DNA from: Candidatus Omnitrophota bacterium
GTDB taxonomy: Bacteria > Omnitrophota > Gorgyraeia > Zapsychrales > Zapsychraceae
Reading direction: 5' to 3'
Assembly: GCA_015233115.1 (NCBI GenBank)
Contig: JADFYJ010000003.1
Span: forward strand, 40,536-104,535
DNA: 64,000 nt
Shown: positions 9,950-18,927 of the stretch, piece after piece
Layout: every line of letters starts with the position of its first letter
Numbering within the stretch: position 1 is the stretch's first letter
Notes under the pieces: generated by a model
The model's database searches: none
The model's input: only the letters and a program-made list of their open reading frames with translations
Told to the model about the DNA's origin: nothing
Made by a program: the position numbers and the translations under genes

Positions 9950-10346
9950 GATTAATTTTTTGAATTTGGCTAAAGAACTTGATGAACGGCCTCCGGTGAC
10001 CGAAGAAAAAATTCGAACAGCTGTTAGTCGGGCGTATTATTATTTATTTTTAAAAATAAGAGCTTCCTTAGAGTCTGTAGGGTTAAAGTTCAAAAGGGCT
10101 GCCGAAGATCACGACGAAGTAAAAAATATGCTTTTAAAAACTGATATTACTGAAGCTCGAGCAGTTGGACTTTCTTTAGAAGAATTAAGAAGAAAAAGAA
10201 ATGATGCTGATTATGAAATGGAAATAGGAGGGTTTGGATTTGGATCAAACTCTGCTACTTTGGCAATTGCACAAGCGGAGAATGCAGCAGAACAATTTAA
10301 TCGCATAAATCGGAATTGTCTTAAAGAGAAAATTCGCGTAAATTAA
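9942..10346 (+). CDS. HEPN domain protein
   Basis: RTAVSRAYY N-terminal helix motif, conserved H (AEDHDEV), and R-x4-Y motif RNDADY; ATG at 9942 preferred over GTG at 9933. Confidence 0.85.
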   Translation: MDEINFLNLAKELDERPPVTEEKIRTAVSRAYYYLFLKIRASLESVGLKFKRAAEDHDEVKNMLLKTDITEARAVGLSLEELRRKRNDADYEMEIGGFGFGSNSATLAIAQAENAAEQFNRINRNCLKEKIRVN

Positions 10347-10377
10347 TTTTTAAAAATTATTTATACGCGCGCTTTGT

Positions 10378-10710
10378 TTATTTTCGATGTTCACAAATAT
10401 TTTTATAAATGCTAAGCAGTAGGTGGGCATCTTTGAAATTGTGTTTATTGAGAAGTCTTTTTAATTCTTGAGTAGATTTTGTCGTATCCTCGCTGCTTAT
10501 TACCTCCTCAAATAATTCATTTATTCTTACCTCTAAAGTCTCTGCTATTCGGGTGATGGTGTCTAGGGAAGGTTGTTTAATCCCTCGTTCGATTAATCCG
10601 ATATAGTTGTCGCTCGCTTCAATTTTCTCAGCTAATTGTGATTGAGTTAATCCCGCTTGTTCTCGAAAGAAACGAATCCGTTTGCCTAACATCCGGTAAG
10701 GTTTTTCCAT
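10378..10710 (-). CDS. XRE-family HTH transcriptional regulator
   Basis: GKRIRFFREQAGLTQSQLAE...YIGLIERG..QPSLDTITRIAETL; GGAGG RBS. Confidence 0.9.
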   Translation of the reverse strand: MEKPYRMLGKRIRFFREQAGLTQSQLAEKIEASDNYIGLIERGIKQPSLDTITRIAETLEVRINELFEEVISSEDTTKSTQELKRLLNKHNFKDAHLLLSIYKNICEHRK

Positions 10711-10883
10711 AGTAAACCTCCTTGCCAGATATGATATTCAAAAAAATTATTAAGACCACATACCATAAGTATGTTTTTTGCTGGAAAAAACTATCCATAA
10801 GTTATATTATTGTTAAAATTGGATAAATTTTTCCAATGTAAAGCGACAAAAAATAGAATTGGGTCTTAATAGAGGTTAGGAGT

Positions 10884-11837
10884 ATGCAAAAAAATATTGG
10901 TAAAATTTTAAAAGTTCCTTTACGCAATCTTTGGAAAAAAGAAGATAAGGATTTTACTAAATGGATGGAAGAAAATATTGATTATTTGAATGACATTTTG
11001 GATTTTGAAATTTCAATTGAATCGAGCGAAGAAAATGTTGGCCCCTTCCGCGTAGATCTTTACGGTGAAGATGGTTTTGGGCGAAAAGTTATTATTGAAA
11101 ATCAACTTGAAAAAAGCGACCACGATCATCTCGGTAAACTTTTGACATATTTAATCAATCTTGAAGCTAAAATTGCAATCTGGATTTCTAGCGATCCCGT
11201 TGAGGAGCACTCTGCTGTCATAGATTGGTTAAATGAAGTTGCCCCGGATGATATGCTTTTTTATTTAATTAAGATTGAGGCCATTGAAATAGAAGGGCAG
11301 TCTATGGCTGCCCCACTATTTACAATTGTTAAAGGGCCAACAGCTGAGGCTAAACAGTTGGGAAGTGAGAGGAAAGAATTTGCACAACGTCATATTGTAC
11401 GAAAGCAATTTTGGGAGCAACTTTTAGAGAGAAGTAAGAATAAAACAAAGTTGTTTTCCAATATTTCTCCGAGTATGGATCATTGGTTGTCTACGGGTAT
11501 TGGAAAATCCGGCATTGCATTGAGTTATTTGATTACAAATAAGTACGCTGGTTGTGATCTTTATTTTTCGAGAGGAAGGAATAAGGCAGACGATGAAAAT
11601 GTAAATAAAATTTGGTTTGATGAATTATACAAAAATAAGGATCGGATTGAAAAAGAATTTGGCGCGCCGTTGGATTGGCAGCGATTAAATGATAAATGGG
11701 CTTCAAGGATCGCGTGTCATTACCAAGGCTTGACTTTGCAAGATGAGAAAAATTGGCCTATGATTCAAGATAAATTGATTGAAACAGCAATTCGTATGGA
11801 AAAAGTCTTTGCGCCGTTTATAAAGCAATTGGAGTAA
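10884..11837 (+). CDS. DUF4268-domain protein with N-terminal PD-(D/E)xK-like nuclease fold
   Basis: EKDFTKW, RVDLYGED..VIIENQLEKSDHDHLGKLLTY; C-terminal FWEQLL...LDWQRL..KWASRI. Confidence 0.8.
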   Translation: MQKNIGKILKVPLRNLWKKEDKDFTKWMEENIDYLNDILDFEISIESSEENVGPFRVDLYGEDGFGRKVIIENQLEKSDHDHLGKLLTYLINLEAKIAIWISSDPVEEHSAVIDWLNEVAPDDMLFYLIKIEAIEIEGQSMAAPLFTIVKGPTAEAKQLGSERKEFAQRHIVRKQFWEQLLERSKNKTKLFSNISPSMDHWLSTGIGKSGIALSYLITNKYAGCDLYFSRGRNKADDENVNKIWFDELYKNKDRIEKEFGAPLDWQRLNDKWASRIACHYQGLTLQDEKNWPMIQDKLIETAIRMEKVFAPFIKQLE

Positions 11838-11838
11838 A

Positions 11839-12744
11839 ATGAAAAAAATAGTTATTGGTCTTATATTATTTTTGTGCTTTCAAATAGCTATTGTTAAGGC
11901 AGAACCCAATATTTCCATCCCCGAAGATATTTTCAAAGCCTTGGATAATCTCAAAGACGACAATTTGCAATTGAACTGTACGGAAGCCGCCCTTTATCTT
12001 TATGATCGAAGAGAAAAAATTGTTGATATTTTAATAAATGTATTACCGAAACTTGATTGGCAAGGCCAAGATGTCATATTAAAAATACTTACTGAGACCG
12101 AAACCTATAGTCCGAATGAATATATTATAAAACTTATGCTTGAGCGGATTAAAGATGAAAGGAGTCCAAATATACGTAACGCTCACGACATTTATCATTA
12201 TGACTATATTCCTTACATTAGAAAATATGCGAAGCAGTTTAAGGACGAGCTTAGGACATATATAAAGATTGGAAATATTAGACAGCTCTGGGTTGTGACG
12301 CACATACTAGTCAAAGAAAATATTTTTGATGAAATAAGCGATGCTTATAGTCCTAAGTTGATGAATTTTGTAATCAAAAATTTGCGGGATGATAATATCG
12401 ATATGAATGCATCTTATTCGGCAAGAATTTGTTTTTTAATCGGTAAAAATAGTCTTCCGTACCTAAAACAAGAAGTGAAAGATGGCGACGCTCAATCCAA
12501 GGAAATAGCAAAGACTTTAGTCAGATATATTTCTGAAAATCGCCGTTTTAATCCGGATGATTTATGGGAATTTGTTGATGAGCTAAGTGTCTCGGGTGTT
12601 ACATTAGGAAGCACGTATTTAGACAGAATTGAGCGAGAAGGGGCCAGCAAATTGCCGGATTTTTGGTTTGGGTCAAATGTATCTAAACAGCCTAAATTTT
12701 TAATAAGTGGAAAATATACAAACAGACAGCAAATGAGCGAGTAA
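11839..12744 (+). CDS. Secreted hypothetical helical-repeat protein
   Basis: Signal peptide MKKIVIGLILFLCFQIAIVKA; two internally similar helical halves (LKDDNLQLN / LRDDNIDMN). Confidence 0.65.
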   Translation: MKKIVIGLILFLCFQIAIVKAEPNISIPEDIFKALDNLKDDNLQLNCTEAALYLYDRREKIVDILINVLPKLDWQGQDVILKILTETETYSPNEYIIKLMLERIKDERSPNIRNAHDIYHYDYIPYIRKYAKQFKDELRTYIKIGNIRQLWVVTHILVKENIFDEISDAYSPKLMNFVIKNLRDDNIDMNASYSARICFLIGKNSLPYLKQEVKDGDAQSKEIAKTLVRYISENRRFNPDDLWEFVDELSVSGVTLGSTYLDRIEREGASKLPDFWFGSNVSKQPKFLISGKYTNRQQMSE

Positions 12745-12750
12745 TTAAGA

Positions 12751-13431
12751 ATGAAAAGGATATTGATATTTATCATTTTTTTATTTGTTTCAAGCGTATC
12801 TGCCGCACAAGAACTATCGTCTGTAGAAAAGATTAAATTTCAAGAAAAGAAGGGAAGCTGTGAAGTCACTGGGGAGTATCCGCAATTTAAGATCCTAAAA
12901 ATTTCTGCCAACAAACTTAAAAATGTAAATAAAGAGATAAATGTGTTTGCTCGAAGTCTTTTTATAAAGTTTTTAACAAAAGATGCCATCGGACAACAAA
13001 TCAAAGAAGATTTCAAGACAAGCAGTAATGGGAATACGTTTGATATTGATTTTAATGTAATAAGGGCAGATACAAGGTACGTTAGCGTAATTTTTCAAAC
13101 TTATTTTATGCAAGAAAACGCACCTCACGGCGTTGGACATTTTTATGCGTTTAATTATGATGTCGAACATTCAAAAATTATTCATTTAAGTGATCTTTTT
13201 AAGCCGGGTACTGACTATTTAAAACAACTTCGGGGTTTTTGTAATCGCGATCTTGAAAAACAATTAGGGAACGGGTTTTATGATAAGGACGCTGTAAATG
13301 ATAGTACACAATTTACTTTTGACCAAGAAAGTTTAATTATTCATTTTAGTGCTTATGAAGTTGCTTGCTATGCTGCTGGTATGCCAGAAGTCAAAATTTC
13401 ATTTAAGAAGCTGATAGGGCTTAAAGAATGA
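12751..13431 (+). CDS. Secreted DUF4163/DUF3298 (RsiV/PdaC-like) protein
   Basis: Signal peptide; EYPQF, APHG, FNYD...IHLSDLF, HFSAYEVACYAAGMPEVKI motifs. Confidence 0.8.
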   Translation: MKRILIFIIFLFVSSVSAAQELSSVEKIKFQEKKGSCEVTGEYPQFKILKISANKLKNVNKEINVFARSLFIKFLTKDAIGQQIKEDFKTSSNGNTFDIDFNVIRADTRYVSVIFQTYFMQENAPHGVGHFYAFNYDVEHSKIIHLSDLFKPGTDYLKQLRGFCNRDLEKQLGNGFYDKDAVNDSTQFTFDQESLIIHFSAYEVACYAAGMPEVKISFKKLIGLKE

Positions 13432-13494
13432 GAATTTGTGGCTGTTAAAAAAAGGGTATCAAAAAGTCCTGTATGAAATTAGCCGATTTATGGC

Positions 13495-13522
13495 TGTTTC
13501 CAAAACGAACGTTTTTTAAACA
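13495..13522. other. Putative serine-recombinase crossover (res site I-like) palindrome
   Basis: 28-bp TGTTTCCAAAACG-AA-CGTTTTTTAAACA dyad inside an element encoding a resolvase. Confidence 0.4.
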
Positions 13523-13619
13523 TTTGGAGAGAATGTTGGTAGAGGTGAGGACGGGCTCAATTATAGCGGTGTGTTATAACGGATGACAGTATAAACAATA
13601 ATAGATGCGAGGTGAAGAA

Positions 13620-14048
13620 ATGAAAATCATTGTCATTGCTTTATTGTCAGTATTTTTAATTGGCTGTTCGGCTGCATATTGGAATCAGGTAGCGGAAAAT
13701 ATGCGGAACAACCCGTATCATCCTCCTCAATATCAATCTCCCCAACAAAATAATCAGCCGTCTATGATTGACCAGTATCATCAAATGCAACAACAAACGT
13801 ATCAAAATCAATATCAACAACAACAGTTACAATTACAGCAACAGCAAATGCAGTTACAGCAACTACAAATACAAGCTCAACAGCGACAGCAGCAGCAACA
13901 AATTGGTCAATATTTAATGCAGCCTTTGTCCCAATATCATCCGTTAAATGTCCCCAATAACGTACCAGAACAGTCGGGAAGGGTAACAACACATTGTACT
14001 TCAGCATCGATAAACGGGGGAGGAGGAATGGATTGTACCTCTTATTAA
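13620..14048 (+). CDS. Glutamine-rich lipoprotein
   Basis: Lipobox MKIIVIALLSVFLIG-C; GAGGTG RBS; long Q-rich tract; C-terminal Cys pair (HCTS...MDCTSY). Confidence 0.7.
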   Translation: MKIIVIALLSVFLIGCSAAYWNQVAENMRNNPYHPPQYQSPQQNNQPSMIDQYHQMQQQTYQNQYQQQQLQLQQQQMQLQQLQIQAQQRQQQQQIGQYLMQPLSQYHPLNVPNNVPEQSGRVTTHCTSASINGGGGMDCTSY

Positions 14049-14149
14049 TTAACAAACAAAATTAATCAGTCGTATCAGTTATTTCGGGAAAAGCTCTTCC
14101 GCTTCATTAATTTTAGAAAATATTTTTTTGTTTATGAGACATAAAGAAA

Positions 14150-14641
14150 TTAGGATGGCTTTCGGCTGTCCTTTATTGCTTCTGTAAGTCCTAAATCTTC
14201 ACAATGATTTTTTAAAACCTCTTCGCCCTCTTTGGTTAAATCCAATAAAATTTGTTTATTTTTAGTGTTTGGCATTAAAGATATTTGCGCTTTCAAGTTT
14301 TTAAATATTGAAAGGGCTTGAATAAGACTTGAATACATTGGCAGATTCAAAATCTGTTTCGACAAAGATTTTTTAACATCTTTTAGATCAAAAGGGAAAG
14401 ACCAATTGACGTAGGGGGCTGTTTCTTTGTCATCTAAGACATTAGCAAGGCTAATTGCAATAGGGTAAGATGGCTTTTGTTTGGAGGCTTCTAACCTAGA
14501 AAGATAGCCTTCTGTTATACCGACTTGTTTTGCGACTTCGAGCAAGGATAGGCCTTTATCCATACGAATTTTCCTAATTCTTTGGCCCATCGTTTTGACA
14601 TCTTTTGGATAATCTGATTTTCTCATACGTTTATAATCCAC
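14150..14641 (-). CDS. XRE-family repressor of the integrative element
   Basis: GQRIRKIRMDKGLSLLEVAKQVGITEGYLSRLE HTH; divergent from xis-int; true start may be a few codons downstream. Confidence 0.85.
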   Translation of the reverse strand: MDYKRMRKSDYPKDVKTMGQRIRKIRMDKGLSLLEVAKQVGITEGYLSRLEASKQKPSYPIAISLANVLDDKETAPYVNWSFPFDLKDVKKSLSKQILNLPMYSSLIQALSIFKNLKAQISLMPNTKNKQILLDLTKEGEEVLKNHCEDLGLTEAIKDSRKPS

Positions 14642-14642
14642 A

Positions 14643-14718
14643 TTTCTTACCTACTTGTCAAGAAAATAGTTTACAAAAGGGAAATATTGGGGTATAATCT
14701 TACTTGTTAGGTAAGAAA
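14643..14718 (+). promoter_or_regulatory. Divergent switch: sigma70 promoter for xis-int flanked by two operator-like dyads
   Basis: TTTACA(14670)-17 bp-TATAAT(14693); TCTTAC-N7-TCAAGA (14645-14663) and TCTTAC-N7-GTAAGA (14698-14716). Confidence 0.7.
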
Positions 14719-14739
14719 CAATAAAAAAGGAGTGTCAAA

Positions 14740-14919
14740 ATGGGTGATTTTATGACGGTTCAAGAAATAGCGGCTAAAGTTAGGAAGGCGACAAAAACAA
14801 TTTATCATTACGTCGAAACTGAAGTAATTCCGGCGAATTTAATTATCCGAGTTGGCAACTCAATTCGTATGCGACCTTCGGATTTTGAAAAGTGGATTGA
14901 AGGACAGCGAGGCAGATAA
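14740..14919 (+). CDS. Excisionase-like HTH_17 DNA-binding protein, 59 aa, not in ORF track
   Basis: Hand translation MGDFMTVQEIAAKVRKATKTIYHYVETEVIPANLIIRVGNSIRMRPSDFEKWIEGQRGR; AAGGAG RBS; stop 1 nt before the integrase GTG. Confidence 0.85.
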   Translation: MGDFMTVQEIAAKVRKATKTIYHYVETEVIPANLIIRVGNSIRMRPSDFEKWIEGQRGR

Positions 14920-14920
14920 A

Positions 14921-15919
14921 GTGGCGCATTTTCGTAAAAGAGATAATGGGTTTTACTATGCTTATTGGAAAGAAAAACGTTCTAATGGGTTATGGTACAC
15001 AATGGCTAAAGCATTAAAGACTAAAAATAAATTTGTTGCTCAAAAACGGTTTAATAATTTATTCGCCGAAGATTTGGGAGAAGTTAAAGAGTGTTATGTT
15101 GAAGATTGGGTAGAGCTTTTAAAGCGAAGCTTGGGTACAGAAGACTTAGATTCCAAAACTACAACCAAATATATTTTTCACGCCGAACGATTTATTGGTT
15201 TTTTTAATGGTAGGGTCAGGAAAATGAGCGATTTTAGACACGAACACATTATTGAGTTCATAAATAATTTAAATCAGTCCAATTATTCAAAGAGCACGGT
15301 TGCCGGTTACGGGCGAAGTTTACGAAAAATGTTTAACATTGCTTTGGACTTAGAATATGTCCGCAAGAGTCCAATGAAGAGGTTTAAAGTAGGCAAAATG
15401 GAACAAAGACAAAGATTCTTTAATCCATCGGAGATAATTAAGATACTAGAAGTTGCTAAGGAAGATCAATTTCAATACGCACTTGTTTTGTACTCATTAC
15501 AGACGGGTTTTCGAATTGAAGAGGTTGTGGATTCCTTCTGGGAAAACATTAACCATACAAACAGAACGATTACAGTGATAGGAAAAGGAAAAAAATCCCG
15601 GCGTCAAAAGATTCCGGCGTTAGCATACGAAGCTATAATGAAATTGAATGGTAAATGGCCTACGCTTTTTGGTAAGCAACAAAAGCAGTTGTATCGCGAT
15701 GTAAAGGTTGTTTTAGCAAAAGCTGACGTAAAAGGGTCGCCGCACGTCTTTCGGGACTCCTATGCTACATATTCGATTAAAATAATGCCTTTAAGCACGT
15801 TACGGGAGAGGATGGGGCATAGTAGCTTGCTTCAGACCGATAAATATACGCACGCATTAAATTCGGAAGTTGACCCAGAAGTAATGAAATATTTTGAAGA
15901 TTGGCAAATTCAGAGGTAA
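14921..15919 (+). CDS. Tyrosine recombinase/integrase
   Basis: Catalytic R (TGFRIEE), K (GKG), HxxR (PHVFRDS), GH (MGHSS), Y (TDKYTH); start placed at GTG 14921 right after the xis stop. Confidence 0.93.
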   Translation: MAHFRKRDNGFYYAYWKEKRSNGLWYTMAKALKTKNKFVAQKRFNNLFAEDLGEVKECYVEDWVELLKRSLGTEDLDSKTTTKYIFHAERFIGFFNGRVRKMSDFRHEHIIEFINNLNQSNYSKSTVAGYGRSLRKMFNIALDLEYVRKSPMKRFKVGKMEQRQRFFNPSEIIKILEVAKEDQFQYALVLYSLQTGFRIEEVVDSFWENINHTNRTITVIGKGKKSRRQKIPALAYEAIMKLNGKWPTLFGKQQKQLYRDVKVVLAKADVKGSPHVFRDSYATYSIKIMPLSTLRERMGHSSLLQTDKYTHALNSEVDPEVMKYFEDWQIQR

Positions 15920-15922
15920 TTA

Positions 15923-15945
15923 TGGATTACAATTTGGGTTACAAA
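15923..15945 (+). repeat. Putative integrase arm-type sites, right
   Basis: TGGATTACAATTTGGGTTACAAA, 1 mismatch to 7041-7063. Confidence 0.7.
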
Positions 15946-15973
15946 TGGCTAGTTTTAGGTGAAAATAGTATGA

Positions 15974-16022
15974 ACGGAAGATTCTCAGTCTTTAAACACG
16001 GGTCCGAATCCCGTTGGGGCTA
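15974..16022 (+). repeat. Distal att site: duplicated 3' 49 nt of tRNA-Glu
   Basis: ACGGAAGATTCTCAGTCTTTAAACACGGGTCCGAATCCCGTTGGGGCTA identical to 6892-6940. Confidence 0.95.
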
Positions 16023-16023
16023 C

Positions 16024-16063
16024 TAAATAAAAGGGACTGCTTTGTGCAGTCCCTCTTTATTTA
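16024..16063 (+). terminator. Intrinsic terminator, probably the original tRNA-Glu terminator displaced by the insertion
   Basis: AGGGACTGC-TTTGT-GCAGTCCCT hairpin followed by CTTTATTT. Confidence 0.7.
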
Positions 16064-16266
16064 ATATGCTTCGCGGAAGACCCACAACGAGTGAAGCGAG
16101 TCGGACCTGAACCAAAATTTCCACCGCAAATTTAGAAAGATTTTTAATCCTCCTATTTCCTCAAACCTTCTTGACATTGTTTAAACTATTAAATATAGTA
16201 AACGTGCATCTGGAGATTTTTCTATATTATTGATATATATAGATTTTCCAAAAATAGGGGGTCAGA

Positions 16267-18435
16267 GTGTTTACAAAATCATTAACGTTTAAAAAAAGTA
16301 TTTTTATTGCGTTGACCGGGATTATTTTTTTGTTTATATCTCCTCTGTATGCTCAAACGGCAGATCCCAAAGCTCCTCTACCTGCTGCGTCAACTCCGGC
16401 ATTGCCGGCTGTTGCTCAGGAACCTGCGGCCCAAAAACAAATTATCGAAGACCCAAAAGCACCAGAAGCAAAAGTTAATGCAGCGGCTGAGACCAAACTC
16501 AAGGCTGACGCTGACGCTAAGCTTAAGGCGGAATTAGACGAAAAACAAAAAGAAGAAACGCATTTTAAAGCGGATCAAGCGGCCCGTATCGCTGAAGAGC
16601 AAGCCATACAACAGAAAATTGAAGTTGAACATTTGAGCATTAAAGAAAATCAAAAAAATCAAGAAAGAAAAAGTATCTGGAAAATAATGATTTTGGGTGT
16701 TGTGGGTTTCATTTTAATATCGGGAGTATTGGTGTTTTTCTTTAAAAAAGGTGAGGTTTTTTTAGGGCAGATTAAATTGGGAACTAAAATGATCGGCGGC
16801 TTTGTGCTCGTGGCTGTGATTGCGGCGATTATAGGAAGTATCGGGATGCTGGGGTTAAAAGATTTGATGAAAAGTAACGATTATTATGGGAAAGTGACAG
16901 TTCCTTCTTTATCTGGGTTGGCTGAGGCTTTGTTTTCTTTTGAAGGAAGCAAGGCCGCTTTACGCACCATTATTAATCCGGAAATGGCGGATAATAATAT
17001 TGAAGAAGCTTTAACGGATTTAGTCAAGTATCGTCAGATGTATAAACATGGTATGGCCATATATGATGTGGCAGGTAGGACCAAAGAAGAAGATGCCGCT
17101 TATCAGGAATTTAAAACTAAATTAGATGAGGTCATGGGTGTTGACGATAAAATTATGGCGCTGGTGGAAGAAGGACGGAAGATAAGCAAGGACGATCCTA
17201 AGCGAGCTACGGTGTATGCTCAGGCAAACGCGTTGGCGGTGGGGCTATCCAATACCGGGTTTAGACGTATACAAGTTTTGTTAGACGCGATATTGAAAAT
17301 CAATATTGATCAGGCGGTGATTGCAGGAACGATTGCGGATCGGGCAATGGCCGACGCGAATTTGGAAATCATCATGGTGACTATCTTTGGGATGATATTC
17401 GCGTTGATATTAGGATTTTCTATGGCGAAATCGACGACCACACCTCTAGCGGCGACAGTATCGGTGATGGCGGCCATGTCAGAAGGAGATTTAACTAAAC
17501 GACTCAAAATGAACCGTAAAGATGAGCTGGGTGTAATGGCTAATGCGATGGACAATTTTTCAAATAAATTGTCAGAGATGATTAGCCGGATTCGCGCGGC
17601 AGCTGGACAATTATCTTCGGCAACAGAAGAAGTATCTTCCGGTTCCCAGCAAATTGCCGACGGGGCGCAACAGCAGGCGGCTTCGTTTGAACAATTATCC
17701 AGCTCTGTTCAGTCGAATTCTGATAATGTCAGATCTGCGAATAGTCTGGCCCAAAATGTGGCGGAAGAAGCAAAAAAGACCGGCAAAACTATGGAGCAAA
17801 GCGTTGACGAGATGGCGAGTATTGAAAAAGGTTCTAAGCAAATGTCCGAGGCTGTCGCATTGATTACAGAGATTGCGGATCAGACGAATTTGCTGGCTTT
17901 AAATGCAGCGATTGAAGCTGCCCGGGCAGGAGAGCACGGAAAAGGTTTTGCGGTGGTCGCGGATGAAGTCCGTCATTTGGCAGAACGCAGTGCCACGACG
18001 GCTAAAGAAATTAAAATGTTGATTAAAAATAATTTAAAACAAGTGGAAAGCGGCGTTAATATTTCAAAACTGGCAGGGCAAAGCACGCGGTTGATCGTTG
18101 AAGATATTAAGAAAATTGCGGAGCAATTGCGGTCCGTAGCGGAAAACACTCAGGAACAGGCTGCGGCTATGGAAGAAAATATGGCTATCACCGAATCGAA
18201 TTCTTCTTCATCAGAAGAATTGGCTGGCTCCGCGGAGGAAATGGCATCGCAAGCCCAGTCTTTGCAAAATATGGTAGTTCAGTTTAAAACGATAGAAAGT
18301 TCCGCGCCTGTTCGTCAGGCAGCAGCGCCGGTGCAGTTGAAAAAAAATGAAAAAATTAAAAAAACGGTTTTAAAACCTGCGGCTAAGCCTAGAGAAAAAC
18401 ATGGCCCTAGTGAAGAAGCGTTGAGAATCGGATGA
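16267..18435 (+). CDS. Methyl-accepting chemotaxis protein with an unusual N-terminal extension
   Basis: [34 protein letters not shown] signalling hairpin, HAMP, 4HB-type periplasmic sensor. Confidence 0.92.
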   Translation: MFTKSLTFKKSIFIALTGIIFLFISPLYAQTADPKAPLPAASTPALPAVAQEPAAQKQIIEDPKAPEAKVNAAAETKLKADADAKLKAELDEKQKEETHFKADQAARIAEEQAIQQKIEVEHLSIKENQKNQERKSIWKIMILGVVGFILISGVLVFFFKKGEVFLGQIKLGTKMIGGFVLVAVIAAIIGSIGMLGLKDLMKSNDYYGKVTVPSLSGLAEALFSFEGSKAALRTIINPEMADNNIEEALTDLVKYRQMYKHGMAIYDVAGRTKEEDAAYQEFKTKLDEVMGVDDKIMALVEEGRKISKDDPKRATVYAQANALAVGLSNTGFRRIQVLLDAILKINIDQAVIAGTIADRAMADANLEIIMVTIFGMIFALILGFSMAKSTTTPLAATVSVMAAMSEGDLTKRLKMNRKDELGVMANAMDNFSNKLSEMISRIRAAAGQLSSATEEVSSGSQQIADGAQQQAASFEQLSSSVQSNSDNVRSANSLAQNVAEEAKKTGKTMEQSVDEMASIEKGSKQMSEAVALITEIADQTNLLALNAAIEAARAGEHGKGFAVVADEVRHLAERSATTAKEIKMLIKNNLKQVESGVNISKLAGQSTRLIVEDIKKIAEQLRSVAENTQEQAAAMEENMAITESNSSSSEELAGSAEEMASQAQSLQNMVVQFKTIESSAPVRQAAAPVQLKKNEKIKKTVLKPAAKPREKHGPSEEALRIG

Positions 18436-18926
18436 TTTGTAAAAAAGTTATGCGATTAGATGACAATACATATATGAGGATGGCCATTGAAAAAGCTAGG
18501 GAAGGGGTATCTCAAGGCCAGACTCCTTTTGCTGCGTGCATTGTGCTTAATGGAGAAGTATTGAGTTGTTGTCATAATGTGGTTTGGCAGACTACGGATA
18601 TTACCGCGCATGGGGAAATCCACGCGATTCGGCAGGCTTGTCTGAACGCAAAAACTATTGATTTATCTGGAGCAGTGCTTTATTCTACGTGCGAACCTTG
18701 CCCCATGTGTTTTGCGGCTATTCACTGGGCCAGAATTGCTAAGGTCATCTACGGCGCGACCATTGCTGACGCGAAGCAGGCGGGTTTTCATGAATTGACC
18801 ATTTCTAATGAACAAATGAAAAGTTTAGGTGGCAGTGAAGTGGAAATCGAAGGTGGATTTTTAAGAGAAGAAAACGTGAAAGTGTTCGAATATTTTTTAA
18901 GCAGGGCAAATAAAAAGGTGTATTAA
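18432..18926 (+). CDS. Guanine/nucleoside deaminase (CDA superfamily)
   Basis: [26 protein letters not shown] zinc motif. Confidence 0.88.
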   Translation: MICKKVMRLDDNTYMRMAIEKAREGVSQGQTPFAACIVLNGEVLSCCHNVVWQTTDITAHGEIHAIRQACLNAKTIDLSGAVLYSTCEPCPMCFAAIHWARIAKVIYGATIADAKQAGFHELTISNEQMKSLGGSEVEIEGGFLREENVKVFEYFLSRANKKVY

Positions 18927-18927
18927 C

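Larger units (their letters stand above)
6892..16022. mobile_element. ~9.1 kb integrative element (genomic island or satellite-like) inserted at tRNA-Glu
   Basis: Exact 49-bp direct repeat of tRNA 3' part (6892-6940 and 15974-16022), tyrosine integrase beside the distal repeat, excisionase, repressor, AT-rich cargo. Confidence 0.93.

Noticed and set aside
13780-13900. CAA/CAG-rich tract as a phase-variation repeat
   Set aside because: Imperfect, codon-length and mixed synonymous codons, so it cannot shift frame
14852-14920. N-terminal extension of the integrase in the ORF track
   Set aside because: Overlaps the excisionase-like gene; GTG 14921 directly after its stop is the more plausible start
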